A stretch of DNA of 64,000 nt from Elusimicrobiota bacterium. GTDB taxonomy: Bacteria > Elusimicrobiota > Elusimicrobia > UBA1565 > JACRDR01. The stretch is taken from NCBI GenBank assembly GCA_041694815.1, contig JBGFSC010000018.1, forward strand, positions 10,598 to 74,597, in the 5' to 3' direction. The position numbers and the translations under genes were made by a program. Numbering within the stretch: position 1 is the first letter of the stretch; each line of letters begins with the position of its first letter. This document shows, one piece after another, positions 42,435-51,388 of this stretch. The notes below the pieces were generated by a model. That model was not told where the DNA came from, did not search any database, and saw only the letters and a program-made list of their open reading frames with translations.

Positions 42435-43478
42435 GTGAACCAGCATCGTTCAGGCGCGCGGTTTTTGGCGGCCTGCCGGCGCGAACGCGTCGACGCGACG
42501 CCGGTATGGTTCATGCGCCAGGCGGGGCGTTACCTGCCCGAGTACCGCCGCATCCGCGAGAAGAACACGCTGCTCGAGATGTGCGAGCGCCCCGAGCTTG
42601 CCGCCGAGGTGACGTTGCAGCCGCTGAGGCGCTTCGATCTCGACGCGGCGATACTCTTCGCCGACATACTGCTACCCGCTCGGGCGATGGGCGTCAAGCT
42701 GGAGTTCAAGAAGGGCGAGGGCCCCGTGCTTACCCCGCCGGTGCGCGGCGCCGCGGCGATAGGGCGCCTGCGCGAGTTCGAGCCGCGCGAGGAACTCTCC
42801 TTCGTTCTCGAGGCGCTGCGGCTCATCCGCCGCGAATTGGACAAGCCGGGGGCCCCGGCGCTCATCGGCTTCGCCGGAGCACCCTTTACCGTGGCCTCCT
42901 ACCTCGTCGAGGGAGGCCCCTCCGACCATTACCTGCGCACCAAGGGCCTGATGCACGGCGAGCCCAGGCTTTGGGGAAAACTCATGGGAAAGCTCTCGCG
43001 CGTCACGATCGCCTACCTCTCGGCCCAGGTCGAGGCGGGAGCCCAGGCCGTGCAGCTCTTCGACAGTTGGGCTGGGGCGCTTTCCCCCGAGGATTACCGG
43101 CGGTTCGTCCTGCCGCATTCGAGGGCGGTGATATCCGCCTTGAAAAGGAAAGGGATTCCCGTGATCCATTTCGGAACGGGCAACTCCGGGTTCATCGAGG
43201 ATTTCTCCGCCGGCGCGGACGTAGTCGGGATCGATTGGCGCCTGCCGCTGGATGCAGCCTGGAGACGGCTGGGACCTGTCGCCGTACAGGGCAACCTGGA
43301 CCCCGCGCTGCTATTTGCCCCCAAGGACGAGCTCAAGGCGGCGGTGCGGGGCGTTTTGCGCCGCGCGAGAGGAAGGCGAGGCCATATCTTCAACCTCGGG
43401 CATGGGATATTGCCCGGCACTCCTCCGGAAAGCGTCCGCGCCGTGGCGGATTGGGTGCACGGGATGGACGAACGATGA
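42435..43478 (+). CDS. hemE: Uroporphyrinogen decarboxylase
   Basis: PVWFMRQAGRYLPEY, AAILFADIL, QLFDSWAG, QGNLDP and FNLGHGI. Confidence 0.97.
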   Translation: MNQHRSGARFLAACRRERVDATPVWFMRQAGRYLPEYRRIREKNTLLEMCERPELAAEVTLQPLRRFDLDAAILFADILLPARAMGVKLEFKKGEGPVLTPPVRGAAAIGRLREFEPREELSFVLEALRLIRRELDKPGAPALIGFAGAPFTVASYLVEGGPSDHYLRTKGLMHGEPRLWGKLMGKLSRVTIAYLSAQVEAGAQAVQLFDSWAGALSPEDYRRFVLPHSRAVISALKRKGIPVIHFGTGNSGFIEDFSAGADVVGIDWRLPLDAAWRRLGPVAVQGNLDPALLFAPKDELKAAVRGVLRRARGRRGHIFNLGHGILPGTPPESVRAVADWVHGMDER

Positions 43479-44404
43479 ACGCGGACACCGCGGTGCTGCT
43501 CATGGCCTACGGGGCGGCCTCTAGCCTCGAGGACATCCCCGCCTACCTGGAGGATATACGGGGAGGAAGGCCTGCGGACGACAAGCTCGTCGCGGAGGTG
43601 CGCGAGCGCTACCGCAGGATCGGGGGCTCGCCTCTTCTAGACATCACGCGCGCGCAGGCCTCCGCCCTGCAGCGCAAGCTAGGCTGCAGGGTGTACGTCG
43701 GCATGCGGCACTCCCCGCCCACCATACTCGAGGCGGCGCGCAAGATGAAGCAGGAGGGAGTCCGGCAAGTCGTGGCCATGCCGTTGACGCCCTATTTCTC
43801 GGCGTTAAGCTCGGGAGCCTATTTCGCCTCGCTCGATCGCGCCGCGCGCGAGCTCGGCGCGGGGTGGAGGACGGCCAAGGTCGAGTCCTGGCATCTGCAG
43901 CCCTCGCTGATCGAGGCCTTCGGCCTGAAGATCCAGGAGGCGCTTCGCCGCATCCCGCAGTCGGAACGGGCCAACGTGGCGGTGCTATTTACGGCGCACA
44001 GCTTGCCCAGGCGCATACTCAAGGACAACGACCCCTATCCGCGGCAGCTTTCCGAGACGGTTGCCGCCGTCGCCCGTCGCGCGGGGCTTTCCGATTGGAG
44101 ATTCGCCTACCAAAGCCAGGGTCGGACTCCCGAGCCGTGGCTCGGGCCAGAAGCCGGCGAGATCCTCGAACAGATTGCCTCCGAGGGGCGAAAAGGCGTG
44201 GTCTTGGCTCCTATCGGCTTCATCAGCGACCATATGGAAACGCTTTACGACGACGATATCCTCTACCGCGGCAAGGCCGAGGAGCTGGGCCTGCGCTACG
44301 TGCGAGCGGCCTCGCTCAACGACGATCCGGGCCTTGTCGCGGCAATGGCGGCGGCTATTTTGGAGAAGATGAAGGGAACTTTCGCGCGGGCTCGATCGTA
44401 CTAG
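43475..44404 (+). CDS. hemH: Ferrochelatase (probably coproporphyrin ferrochelatase)
   Basis: LLMAYG, RYRRIGGSPL, FTAHSLP, YQSQG..PEPWLGP and GFISDHMETLYD; ATG 43475. Confidence 0.93.
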   Translation: MNADTAVLLMAYGAASSLEDIPAYLEDIRGGRPADDKLVAEVRERYRRIGGSPLLDITRAQASALQRKLGCRVYVGMRHSPPTILEAARKMKQEGVRQVVAMPLTPYFSALSSGAYFASLDRAARELGAGWRTAKVESWHLQPSLIEAFGLKIQEALRRIPQSERANVAVLFTAHSLPRRILKDNDPYPRQLSETVAAVARRAGLSDWRFAYQSQGRTPEPWLGPEAGEILEQIASEGRKGVVLAPIGFISDHMETLYDDDILYRGKAEELGLRYVRAASLNDDPGLVAAMAAAILEKMKGTFARARSY

Positions 44405-44431
44405 TGGCGGCCCCAAGGGCCGGGAGGTACG

Positions 44432-44548
44432 ATGATCACCCGCTGCGATATCTGTAATGAGAGAAGGATCGTTCGAGCTTCGGACCAATACCGTTTCTGC
44501 CTCTACTGCAAGAGGCGTTCCTCGGAGCGGTCCATCCGCTGGCGTTAA
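44432..44548 (+). CDS. 38-aa CxxC...CxxC microprotein (not in ORF track)
   Basis: GGGAGG SD; MITRCDICNERRIVRASDQYRFCLYCKRRSSERSIRWR; stop is 3 nt before hemY ATG. Confidence 0.7.
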   Translation: MITRCDICNERRIVRASDQYRFCLYCKRRSSERSIRWR

Positions 44549-44551
44549 CTC

Positions 44552-45931
44552 ATGAGGCGCGTCGTCGTGGTCGGGGGAGGCGTCGCTGGGCTTTCCGCCG
44601 GCTACCGCCTGCTCCGGCTGCGCGAGGAGAGGCGCCTTGATTTGGAGGTCGTCGTCTTGGAGGCCCTGGGTCGCGCCGGAGGCAAGATACTCAGCGAGCG
44701 CGCCGGCGGCGTCCTATTCGAGGGAGGCCCGGACTCCTTCGTCACAGCGAAGCCCGAGGCCCTGACGCTCATCCGGGAGCTTGGCTTGGGGCCGCGGCTG
44801 CTGACCGCCGACCGTAAGCATCCGGACGTATACGTATTCGCGCGTGGGAAGCTCCGAAGGCTTCCCGAGGGCCTTATGCTGATGGCGCCCAGTCGCTGGC
44901 TGCCGTTTTTGGCGTCGGATATACTGACCTGGCGGGGAAAATTGAGGGTGGCGATCGAGCCATGGATTCCTCGCGGGCAGGCGCGCGACGAGTCTCTGGC
45001 GGATTTCACCCGGCGCCGCCTGGGCGCCGAGGCCCTGGAAATACTGGTCGATCCCGTCATGGCCGGCATCTACGCCGGCGACCCGGAGCGGCTGAGCCTG
45101 CGCAGCAGCTTCCCCCAAATCGCCGAGATGGAGGCAAAATCCGGCAGCGTCACCCTCGCCATGCGCCGAGCCGCCCCCAAGCTTCCGATGCCTAAGGGAC
45201 AGACGATGTTCATGAGCTTGGCCGGCGGGCTCGAGGAGTTGTCTTGCGCCCTCGCGGAAAAGATAGGCCCAGCCCTCCGGCTGAATTCGCCGGTATCGTC
45301 GATCATGATGTCGGGCGGGCGCTACCGCATCGTTTGCGGCCAGCAGCAGCCCGTCGAGGCCGACGCCATGATCCTCGCCTCCCCGGCGGACAAGACGGCC
45401 TCCTTCGTGGAGGGGTTCGACGCGGAGTTGGCCTGCGAGCTCCGGCGGATCCCCTTCGCCTCCTCGGCCACTCTCTCGCTGCTCTACGATGCCGAGGCGG
45501 CGAAAGGCCTGCCTCCGGGGTTCGGCTTCGTCGTCGCGCGCGGCGAGGGCAAGAGCATCAGCGCCGCGACCTTCACCTCATGGAAATTCCCGGCGAGGAC
45601 TCCTCCCGATCGCTTCCTGATCCGTTGCTTTTTGGGAGGAGCCGGGAGAGAGGAGGCGGCGTTGCGCGCGGACGCCGAACTGGTTAAGGCCGCCAAGGCC
45701 GACCTTCGGGAGATCATCGGCCTTCGCGCCGAAGCGCTTTCGCATCGGCTCTACCGCTGGACTCGCGCCAATCCCCAGTACAACGTCGGACACGCCGACT
45801 TGATCGGCCGCATCGAGCGGCGGCTCGAGCGATACCCGCAAGCGGTGCTCGCTGGAGCGTCCTATTACGGCGTGGGCATCCCGGATTGCATCCGCTCCGG
45901 ATTTTCGGCGGCTGAAAAAGTCCTTTCTTAA
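44552..45931 (+). CDS. hemY: Proto/coproporphyrinogen oxidase, HemY type
   Basis: GGGVAGL, EGGPDSF, AGIYAGD, PQYNVGH and GVGIPDCI. Confidence 0.94.
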   Translation: MRRVVVVGGGVAGLSAGYRLLRLREERRLDLEVVVLEALGRAGGKILSERAGGVLFEGGPDSFVTAKPEALTLIRELGLGPRLLTADRKHPDVYVFARGKLRRLPEGLMLMAPSRWLPFLASDILTWRGKLRVAIEPWIPRGQARDESLADFTRRRLGAEALEILVDPVMAGIYAGDPERLSLRSSFPQIAEMEAKSGSVTLAMRRAAPKLPMPKGQTMFMSLAGGLEELSCALAEKIGPALRLNSPVSSIMMSGGRYRIVCGQQQPVEADAMILASPADKTASFVEGFDAELACELRRIPFASSATLSLLYDAEAAKGLPPGFGFVVARGEGKSISAATFTSWKFPARTPPDRFLIRCFLGGAGREEAALRADAELVKAAKADLREIIGLRAEALSHRLYRWTRANPQYNVGHADLIGRIERRLERYPQAVLAGASYYGVGIPDCIRSGFSAAEKVLS

Positions 45932-45958
45932 CGAACAGCGCTAGCTTGGGAATAGACA

Positions 45959-45991
45959 TTTACGCGCCCGAGGCGCGTAAAAACTGTCGTT
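45959..45991. repeat. Solo unit of REP-like family A
   Basis: TTTACGCGCC-CGA-GGCGCGTAAA hairpin plus AACTGTCGTT tail, matching 19499-19529. Confidence 0.75.
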
Positions 45992-46012
45992 TATTCAGAT
46001 TACTACAGAACC

Positions 46013-46081
46013 CAGGTCCAAGGGCCCAGCAATACTTAGGCCCCGCGGGCCTGTTTCTATTTACGACACCCGAATTACAAT
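46013..46081 (+). promoter_or_regulatory. Two phased palindromes upstream of TACAAT -10
   Basis: CAGGTC-CAAG-GGCCCA at 46013, TAGGCC at 46037, TACAAT at 46076. Confidence 0.6.
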
Positions 46082-46088
46082 AACGCCC

Positions 46089-48590
46089 ATGAACAAAAAC
46101 GCTCTCGCCGCTTTGCTTTCCATCGCGCTGGCCACCTCCGCGAGGTCCGGCGAGTGGACCGTCGATCCCTTCGGCCCGCTCGAGGAAGGGATAGAGCAGG
46201 TCAAGAACGATCTCTCCCTCCAATTCAACGAGGAGGAGCTTTTCGCGATCACGAGCAGTAGCGGGAGAAAACCCTTGCTGTGGCTGCGCCCGAACCAGCT
46301 TGAGAAGGCCTATCTATTCAGCGCCACCATGGAGAAGGGCCTTGGAGAAAGGGGATTCTACTCGGCCGGAATGATGGACACCTTCGTCTTCTATTTCCAT
46401 TGGAACGGACAGAGAGTGCAGATGATCCGCAAGGGCACCGCCTTCCGCGCGGAGCCCGGAAGCCCGGAGTCCAGGGCCATCGACAACTCCTTCCCGGATT
46501 CGATACTCGCGAGCCTGCCGGTCGTATCCAGCGACGCCGCGCGCGGAGCCTTCGCGATCCCGGTTGAGCCTCTCTTTATGCAGGACCTGCTCGGCCTCGG
46601 CGCTTATTTGAAGGAAGGCCCGCTGCCCGCCGGCGTTTCCCCGGAGCACAGCTCCGTACGGAGGATCAGGTCCTTCGAGAAGAACACCGAGGTGCAGGTG
46701 CAGCTGGTTTTCGCTAGCGCCCAACCGGCCGGCTCGGCGGTCTTAGAGGACGCGCGCCTATTGCCCGTGACGCTCCATTACAGCATCACCGAGCTCCCGC
46801 AGAACCCGTCCTACGAGCCTCGCGCCGCCGACGCGCGCGTCGGCTATTTCGTTACCTCTTACAAGGACTACAGCAGCAAAAAACTTAGGGAGAAGGTGAA
46901 TCCCGTCGTCCATCTCATCAATCGCTGGCATTTGGAGAAGAAGGACCCTTCGAAGAAAATCTCGGACGTGAAGAATCCGGTGGTGTTCTGGATGGAGGGC
47001 ACCATCCCGAAGCAGTACCGTCCGGCGATACGCAAGGGAATACTCGCCTGGAATGCCGCCTTCCGCGCGCTGGGTTTTCGAAACGCGATCGTGGTCAAGG
47101 AGGTCGACAAGGATATGCCAGCGCAGGAGAGGGCCTCCTTCGACCCCGCCAATGCGGCCTACAATGTCGTGCGCTGGTTCATGGGGACCGATGCGGGGTT
47201 CGCTCAAGGCCCCTCCCGTGCCAATCCCTTCACCGGTGAGATATTCAACGCTACGGTCCGTATCGCCGACGTGATAGGCCGCTTCATGGGCGAGGAGCGG
47301 CTGGCGGCGGTATATCCGCGTTCAAAGTCAAAGCCGCGCTCCGAGGATGAGTATTTGTCGCGGGCCGTTGAGCAGGCCGCCGCGAGCCTGGCCGCCTTAA
47401 AGGCGCAGGGAAGGCTTAACGCGAAAGAGAAGAAGCGTTTTATGGATCAGTTCGTGGCCCATGTGATGGCGCATGAGATCGGTCACAATCTCGGCCTGCG
47501 CCATAATTTCAAGGCCAGCCTCGTCTTCGACCCTAAGGATCCAGACGGGCGCTCGGGCTCGGTGATGGATTATCTGCCGGCCAATATCGCCGCTAAAGGG
47601 GAAAAACAGGGAGCCTATTACCAGACCAAGCTCGGTCCTTACGATTATTGGGCCATCGAGTACGGCTACAAGCCAGCATCACGCCGCCAATTAGAAAGAA
47701 TTGCCCGCAGGTCAGAGAAGGATTCTCGGCTGGCCTATGGGACGGATGAGGATACCGACTTAGATTTGGATCCGGATTCCCAACGCTGGGGCCTCGGATC
47801 GGACCACGTCGACTTCGCTGCCCAAAGGATCGCCTTGGTCAAAGACCTTTGGAAAAACCTCGAGCAGCGCGCTGAGTTGGGTAAGGATAAGCCGGAGGAG
47901 CTGAGGCATAGCTTCCTGGTCGGCTTCAGCAGTTATTACAACGCCGTCGAGCAGCTTTTGCCTCTCATCGGCGGGGTGCGCAATTCGCGCGGCCGTCTGA
48001 CCCCGGAAAAAAAATCGTTTGAGCCCGTTCCGGCTTCCGAACAATACCGTGCCCTCGAACTCATCGACGAACAAGTTTTTTCCGCTCGACCCTTTCAGCT
48101 CTCGCCGGTGCTTTTAAGAAGCATGGGGATCGACAGGACCGGATTTGAATGGAAACCGAACAGGCCGTTGCCGCTGGGTGAAATGGCCCTGGACCTGCGC
48201 CGCATGGTGCTCGCGGAGCTCTACGATCCGGAGCGGCTGGTCCGTCTCTCCGAGAACGCATCTTTGAGCGCGAAGCCTTCCGAGTCCCTGTCGATCGCGG
48301 AACTTTTCTCCAAGGTGCGCGGTTCGATTTGGAAGGAGCTCTCCGGCTCCCGAGCGATCGACCCTTCCCGCCGCGAGCTGCAGCGCGAACATCTCGCCGT
48401 CTTGATCGAGACGCTGGAAGCTCCGGAGCCGGGAGACGCGGGCGCTGCCGCCCGTGCCGATCTGCTCAAGCTTTCTTCCAAGATCGCCCGCCGCCTGGCG
48501 GCCGGTGGGCTGGACGCGGCGAGCCGTTCGCATTTGAAGGACGTCCAGGAGCGCATCCGGAGCGCCCTGAAGCCTTCCGTCGGCGCCTAA
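46089..48590 (+). CDS. Exported zinc metalloprotease (met-zincin, EcxA/DUF4953-like)
   Basis: Signal peptide; DARVGYF, HEIGHNLGLRHNF, SVMDY and YDYWAIEYGY. Confidence 0.88.
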   Translation: MNKNALAALLSIALATSARSGEWTVDPFGPLEEGIEQVKNDLSLQFNEEELFAITSSSGRKPLLWLRPNQLEKAYLFSATMEKGLGERGFYSAGMMDTFVFYFHWNGQRVQMIRKGTAFRAEPGSPESRAIDNSFPDSILASLPVVSSDAARGAFAIPVEPLFMQDLLGLGAYLKEGPLPAGVSPEHSSVRRIRSFEKNTEVQVQLVFASAQPAGSAVLEDARLLPVTLHYSITELPQNPSYEPRAADARVGYFVTSYKDYSSKKLREKVNPVVHLINRWHLEKKDPSKKISDVKNPVVFWMEGTIPKQYRPAIRKGILAWNAAFRALGFRNAIVVKEVDKDMPAQERASFDPANAAYNVVRWFMGTDAGFAQGPSRANPFTGEIFNATVRIADVIGRFMGEERLAAVYPRSKSKPRSEDEYLSRAVEQAAASLAALKAQGRLNAKEKKRFMDQFVAHVMAHEIGHNLGLRHNFKASLVFDPKDPDGRSGSVMDYLPANIAAKGEKQGAYYQTKLGPYDYWAIEYGYKPASRRQLERIARRSEKDSRLAYGTDEDTDLDLDPDSQRWGLGSDHVDFAAQRIALVKDLWKNLEQRAELGKDKPEELRHSFLVGFSSYYNAVEQLLPLIGGVRNSRGRLTPEKKSFEPVPASEQYRALELIDEQVFSARPFQLSPVLLRSMGIDRTGFEWKPNRPLPLGEMALDLRRMVLAELYDPERLVRLSENASLSAKPSESLSIAELFSKVRGSIWKELSGSRAIDPSRRELQREHLAVLIETLEAPEPGDAGAAARADLLKLSSKIARRLAAGGLDAASRSHLKDVQERIRSALKPSVGA

Positions 48591-48617
48591 CTCTCGCAAT
48601 TAGAGTATAATACGCGC

Positions 48618-48884
48618 ATGGCTTCGGCGCGCTGGAGCGTGTACATGCTCTATTGCGGCGACGGCAGCCTCTACACCGGCGTTACGACCGACGTGGAGTC
48701 CAGGCTGCGGGTGCACAACAACGGCAAGGGCGGAGCCTACACCCGCTCCCATCGGCCGGTCCGGCTTTTATACCAGGAGAACGGCTACTCCCGGCGGCAG
48801 GCCCTGCGGCGCGAGGCCGAGATCAAGCGGCTGAGCCGCCCGGAAAAGGAAAAATTTCTTCTCAGCGTCGCGCCGGGCTCATGA
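48618..48884 (+). CDS. GIY-YIG nuclease family protein (YhbQ/YazA-like)
   Basis: VYML.C.DGSLYTGVTTD..RL..HN.GKG..YT. Confidence 0.9.
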   Translation: MASARWSVYMLYCGDGSLYTGVTTDVESRLRVHNNGKGGAYTRSHRPVRLLYQENGYSRRQALRREAEIKRLSRPEKEKFLLSVAPGS

Positions 48885-48891
48885 GCCCATT

Positions 48892-49080
48892 ATGGAACTT
48901 AGAGAAGTCGAGATCGACTGCCCCTATTGCGGTGAGACCATCTGCGTCATGGTGGATCCGATCTCCGGAGAGGAGTCTTATACCGAAGACTGCTCCGTCT
49001 GCTGCCGCCCTATGCTTCTGTCCGTAGAGGCGACCGAGGACGGCGAGCCCGCCGTCTCGGCGCGGCGCGAGGAGGATTGA
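48892..49080 (+). CDS. CPXCG cysteine-rich small protein
   Basis: CPYCGE...YTEDCSVCCRP. Confidence 0.85.
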   Translation: MELREVEIDCPYCGETICVMVDPISGEESYTEDCSVCCRPMLLSVEATEDGEPAVSARREED

Positions 49081-49718
49081 TGGATATCTCCAGTGATTTT
49101 GCCAAGCTCCTCGTCGCCTTCTGCCTGGGCACGGCGATCGGCTTGGAGCGCGAGATCAGCGACAAGCCGGCGGGCCTAAGGACCAACGTGCTCATCTGCC
49201 TCGGCTCGACCTTGTTCACGCTCTTGTCGACCAAATGGGAGGCGATGGGCGGCGTTCGGGACGCGCATGTCGCGGCCCAGATCGTCACCGGCATCGGCTT
49301 CATCGGCGCCGGCTCCATCATGCGCGAGGGCGAGCATGTCACGGGGCTGACCACCGCGGCGACCATTTGGATGGTGGCGGCCATCGGCATGGCGGTGGGA
49401 ATGGGCTACGGCCACCTGGCGGCGGCGGCGACGATCACGGCGCTGGTCGTCCAAGTGGGGCTTACCCGGATGGACATGCTCGTCGACCTCATGCGCCGCC
49501 GGCACACCTTCCGCATCATCTCCGACCCGGACGAGCACGCCATCGACACGATCGCGCGGATACTCAAGACCAACGAGATCCGCGTCATGCACCACAAGGT
49601 GATGAAGAAGAACAACCTCTATCACAGCGAATGGTGGACCAGCGGCACCCAGGCCGGGCAGGCGCACGCGGCCAAGCAGCTGCTCAAGTCCGACAAGGTG
49701 ATGGAGGTCACGTATTAA
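49080..49718 (+). CDS. MgtC/SapB family membrane protein
   Basis: IGLERE..KPAGLRT, AQIVTGIGFIGAG and GLTTAATIW. Confidence 0.92.
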   Translation: MDISSDFAKLLVAFCLGTAIGLEREISDKPAGLRTNVLICLGSTLFTLLSTKWEAMGGVRDAHVAAQIVTGIGFIGAGSIMREGEHVTGLTTAATIWMVAAIGMAVGMGYGHLAAAATITALVVQVGLTRMDMLVDLMRRRHTFRIISDPDEHAIDTIARILKTNEIRVMHHKVMKKNNLYHSEWWTSGTQAGQAHAAKQLLKSDKVMEVTY

Positions 49719-50739
49719 CCCGGGCAAGCTCCGCGAGATCCTCCAAGCCCGGCGAGAGCCTCCCTTCCGCTTCGACCAGATATTAAAGGCCGTCTATCGG
49801 GATGGGGCCTCCTCCTACGAAGAGATCAGCACGCTGCCCGTGTCCCTGCGCCGGGCCCTGGAGCCCGAGGCTCCCATCCTGTCCCTGACGGAGAGGAGGG
49901 TACTGGTTTCTCCGGACGGCCGCGCGCACAAGGCCGCTCTGGAACTCTCCGACTCCCTGGCGATAGAATCCGTGCTGCTCAAGACGAAACCGGGCGAGGT
50001 TTGGACCGCCTGCATCTCCAGCCAGGCCGGATGCGCCATCGGCTGCGGCTTCTGCGCCACGGGGCTCATGGGACTCAAGCGGGACTTGACCCCCGAGGAA
50101 ATCGCCGATCAGGCCGTTTATTGGAGGCAGTACTTGCGCCGCAAGGGCCTGACGGGGACGCTCGGGCGCGTTGTCTACATGGGCATGGGAGAGCCCTTCC
50201 ATTGCTACGAGTCGATGGCCGAGAGCATCCGGATATTGACGGATCCGGCGCGGCTGGGGCTCGCCCAGCGGCATATCTCCGTTTCGACTTCGGGCATCGC
50301 GCCGGCAATCGAGCGCTTCGCGGAGGATTTCCCGCAGGTCAACCTGGCGCTCTCGCTGCACGCCGCCGAAGACGAGCTCCGTAGCCGTCTCGTCCCGGTC
50401 AACAAGGCTTATCCGCTGGTCAAGCTCGCCCGTAGCCTCAAGGCTTATTTCGAGCGGACCCGCCGCAAGGTGTTCTTGGAATACGTGCTGCTTCGCGGCG
50501 AGAACGACGGGCCGGAGCGCGCGCGGCAGCTCAAGGAGTTCGTGCGTTCCGCCGGCGGCCCTAAGCTCCTGCACGTCAATCTGATCGTGTTCAATCCCAC
50601 CCGCACCGCCCACGCCCCGACGAGCCCCGCGGCCGCCCGGGCCTTCTTGGCGGAGTTGCGGCGCGCCGGAGTGCACGCCACTATCCGCAAGAACCTGGGC
50701 CAGGAGATCGAGGGGGCTTGCGGGCAGCTTATCGCATGA
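49714..50739 (+). CDS. rlmN: 23S rRNA/tRNA m2A methyltransferase RlmN (apparent ATT start)
   Basis: CISSQAGCAIGCGFCATG, MGMGEP, SLHA and ACGQL; N-terminal helical part lies upstream of listed GTG 49840. Confidence 0.88.
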   Translation: MNPGKLREILQARREPPFRFDQILKAVYRDGASSYEEISTLPVSLRRALEPEAPILSLTERRVLVSPDGRAHKAALELSDSLAIESVLLKTKPGEVWTACISSQAGCAIGCGFCATGLMGLKRDLTPEEIADQAVYWRQYLRRKGLTGTLGRVVYMGMGEPFHCYESMAESIRILTDPARLGLAQRHISVSTSGIAPAIERFAEDFPQVNLALSLHAAEDELRSRLVPVNKAYPLVKLARSLKAYFERTRRKVFLEYVLLRGENDGPERARQLKEFVRSAGGPKLLHVNLIVFNPTRTAHAPTSPAAARAFLAELRRAGVHATIRKNLGQEIEGACGQLIA

Positions 50740-51239
50740 GCGAAGCGAACGAGCCCGCCAAGCCGCGCCGGCACGGGTATGAAAAGGTGCTTCGAGCGCT
50801 CGAGGGGCGCTGGAAGCGGCGCGAGATTGAGCGCGGCAAGCTCATGCAGCATATCGTCGACAGGCTGTGGGAAGAATTCGCGGGCGTATACTCTTGGTGC
50901 GGCTTCTACCTGCTCGACGCGGAGGGCGGCAAGCTCGAGCTTGGTCCCTGCCGGGACAAGGCGGCCTGCACCCCGATTGGGATGCAAGGAGTCTGCGGCA
51001 AGGCGGTCTCGGTGGCAGCCACGCAGATCGTTGGCGACGTAAAGGCGTTGGGAGAGGCGCATATCGAATGCGATCCCAAGAACCTTTCCGAGATCGCGGT
51101 TCCGGTCTTCGGCCCGGACGGCCGCCCCTTCGCCGTGCTCGACATCGATTCGTACGCGCCGGCCGCTTTCGACGATCAGGACCGTCGCTGGCTGGAACGA
51201 ATCGTCCGCATGCTCGAGCAGGTGCCGGCGCCTCGATAA
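50736..51239 (+). CDS. GAF-domain free methionine-R-sulfoxide reductase-like protein
   Basis: WCGFY, LGP, AC, GVCG, HIECD..SEI and VLDIDS. Confidence 0.8.
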   Translation: MSEANEPAKPRRHGYEKVLRALEGRWKRREIERGKLMQHIVDRLWEEFAGVYSWCGFYLLDAEGGKLELGPCRDKAACTPIGMQGVCGKAVSVAATQIVGDVKALGEAHIECDPKNLSEIAVPVFGPDGRPFAVLDIDSYAPAAFDDQDRRWLERIVRMLEQVPAPR

Positions 51240-51241
51240 GG

Positions 51242-51300
51242 CGGGGCCCGCCCTGTCCAGCACCCCACGCCGAGAGAGATGCTGGGCAGGACGGGCCCCG
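51242..51300. terminator. Long GC-rich stem-loop after the GAF gene
   Basis: 21-nt arms with 2 mismatches, 17-nt loop; no U tract. Confidence 0.45.
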
Positions 51301-51388
51301 AAACGCGCTGTTGCCGTACGCGAACGCCTAAGCCGTTGTCGAACGGTTCCAGTCTAGTTCCGGGCCGTCAACGAATTATTGCGTTCCT

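Noticed and set aside
42419..43474. 661-aa ORF suggesting a HemE-HemH fusion
   Set aside because: The N-terminal half is an off-frame reading of hemE; hemH starts at ATG 43475
48618..48884. GIY-YIG as a homing endonuclease or mobile element
   Set aside because: Only 88 aa, stand-alone YhbQ/YazA-type, with no intron or mobile context
49714..50739. Possible Cfr resistance methyltransferase
   Set aside because: MGMGEP and SSQAGC match RlmN rather than the Cfr MGMGEA and SSQCGC signatures
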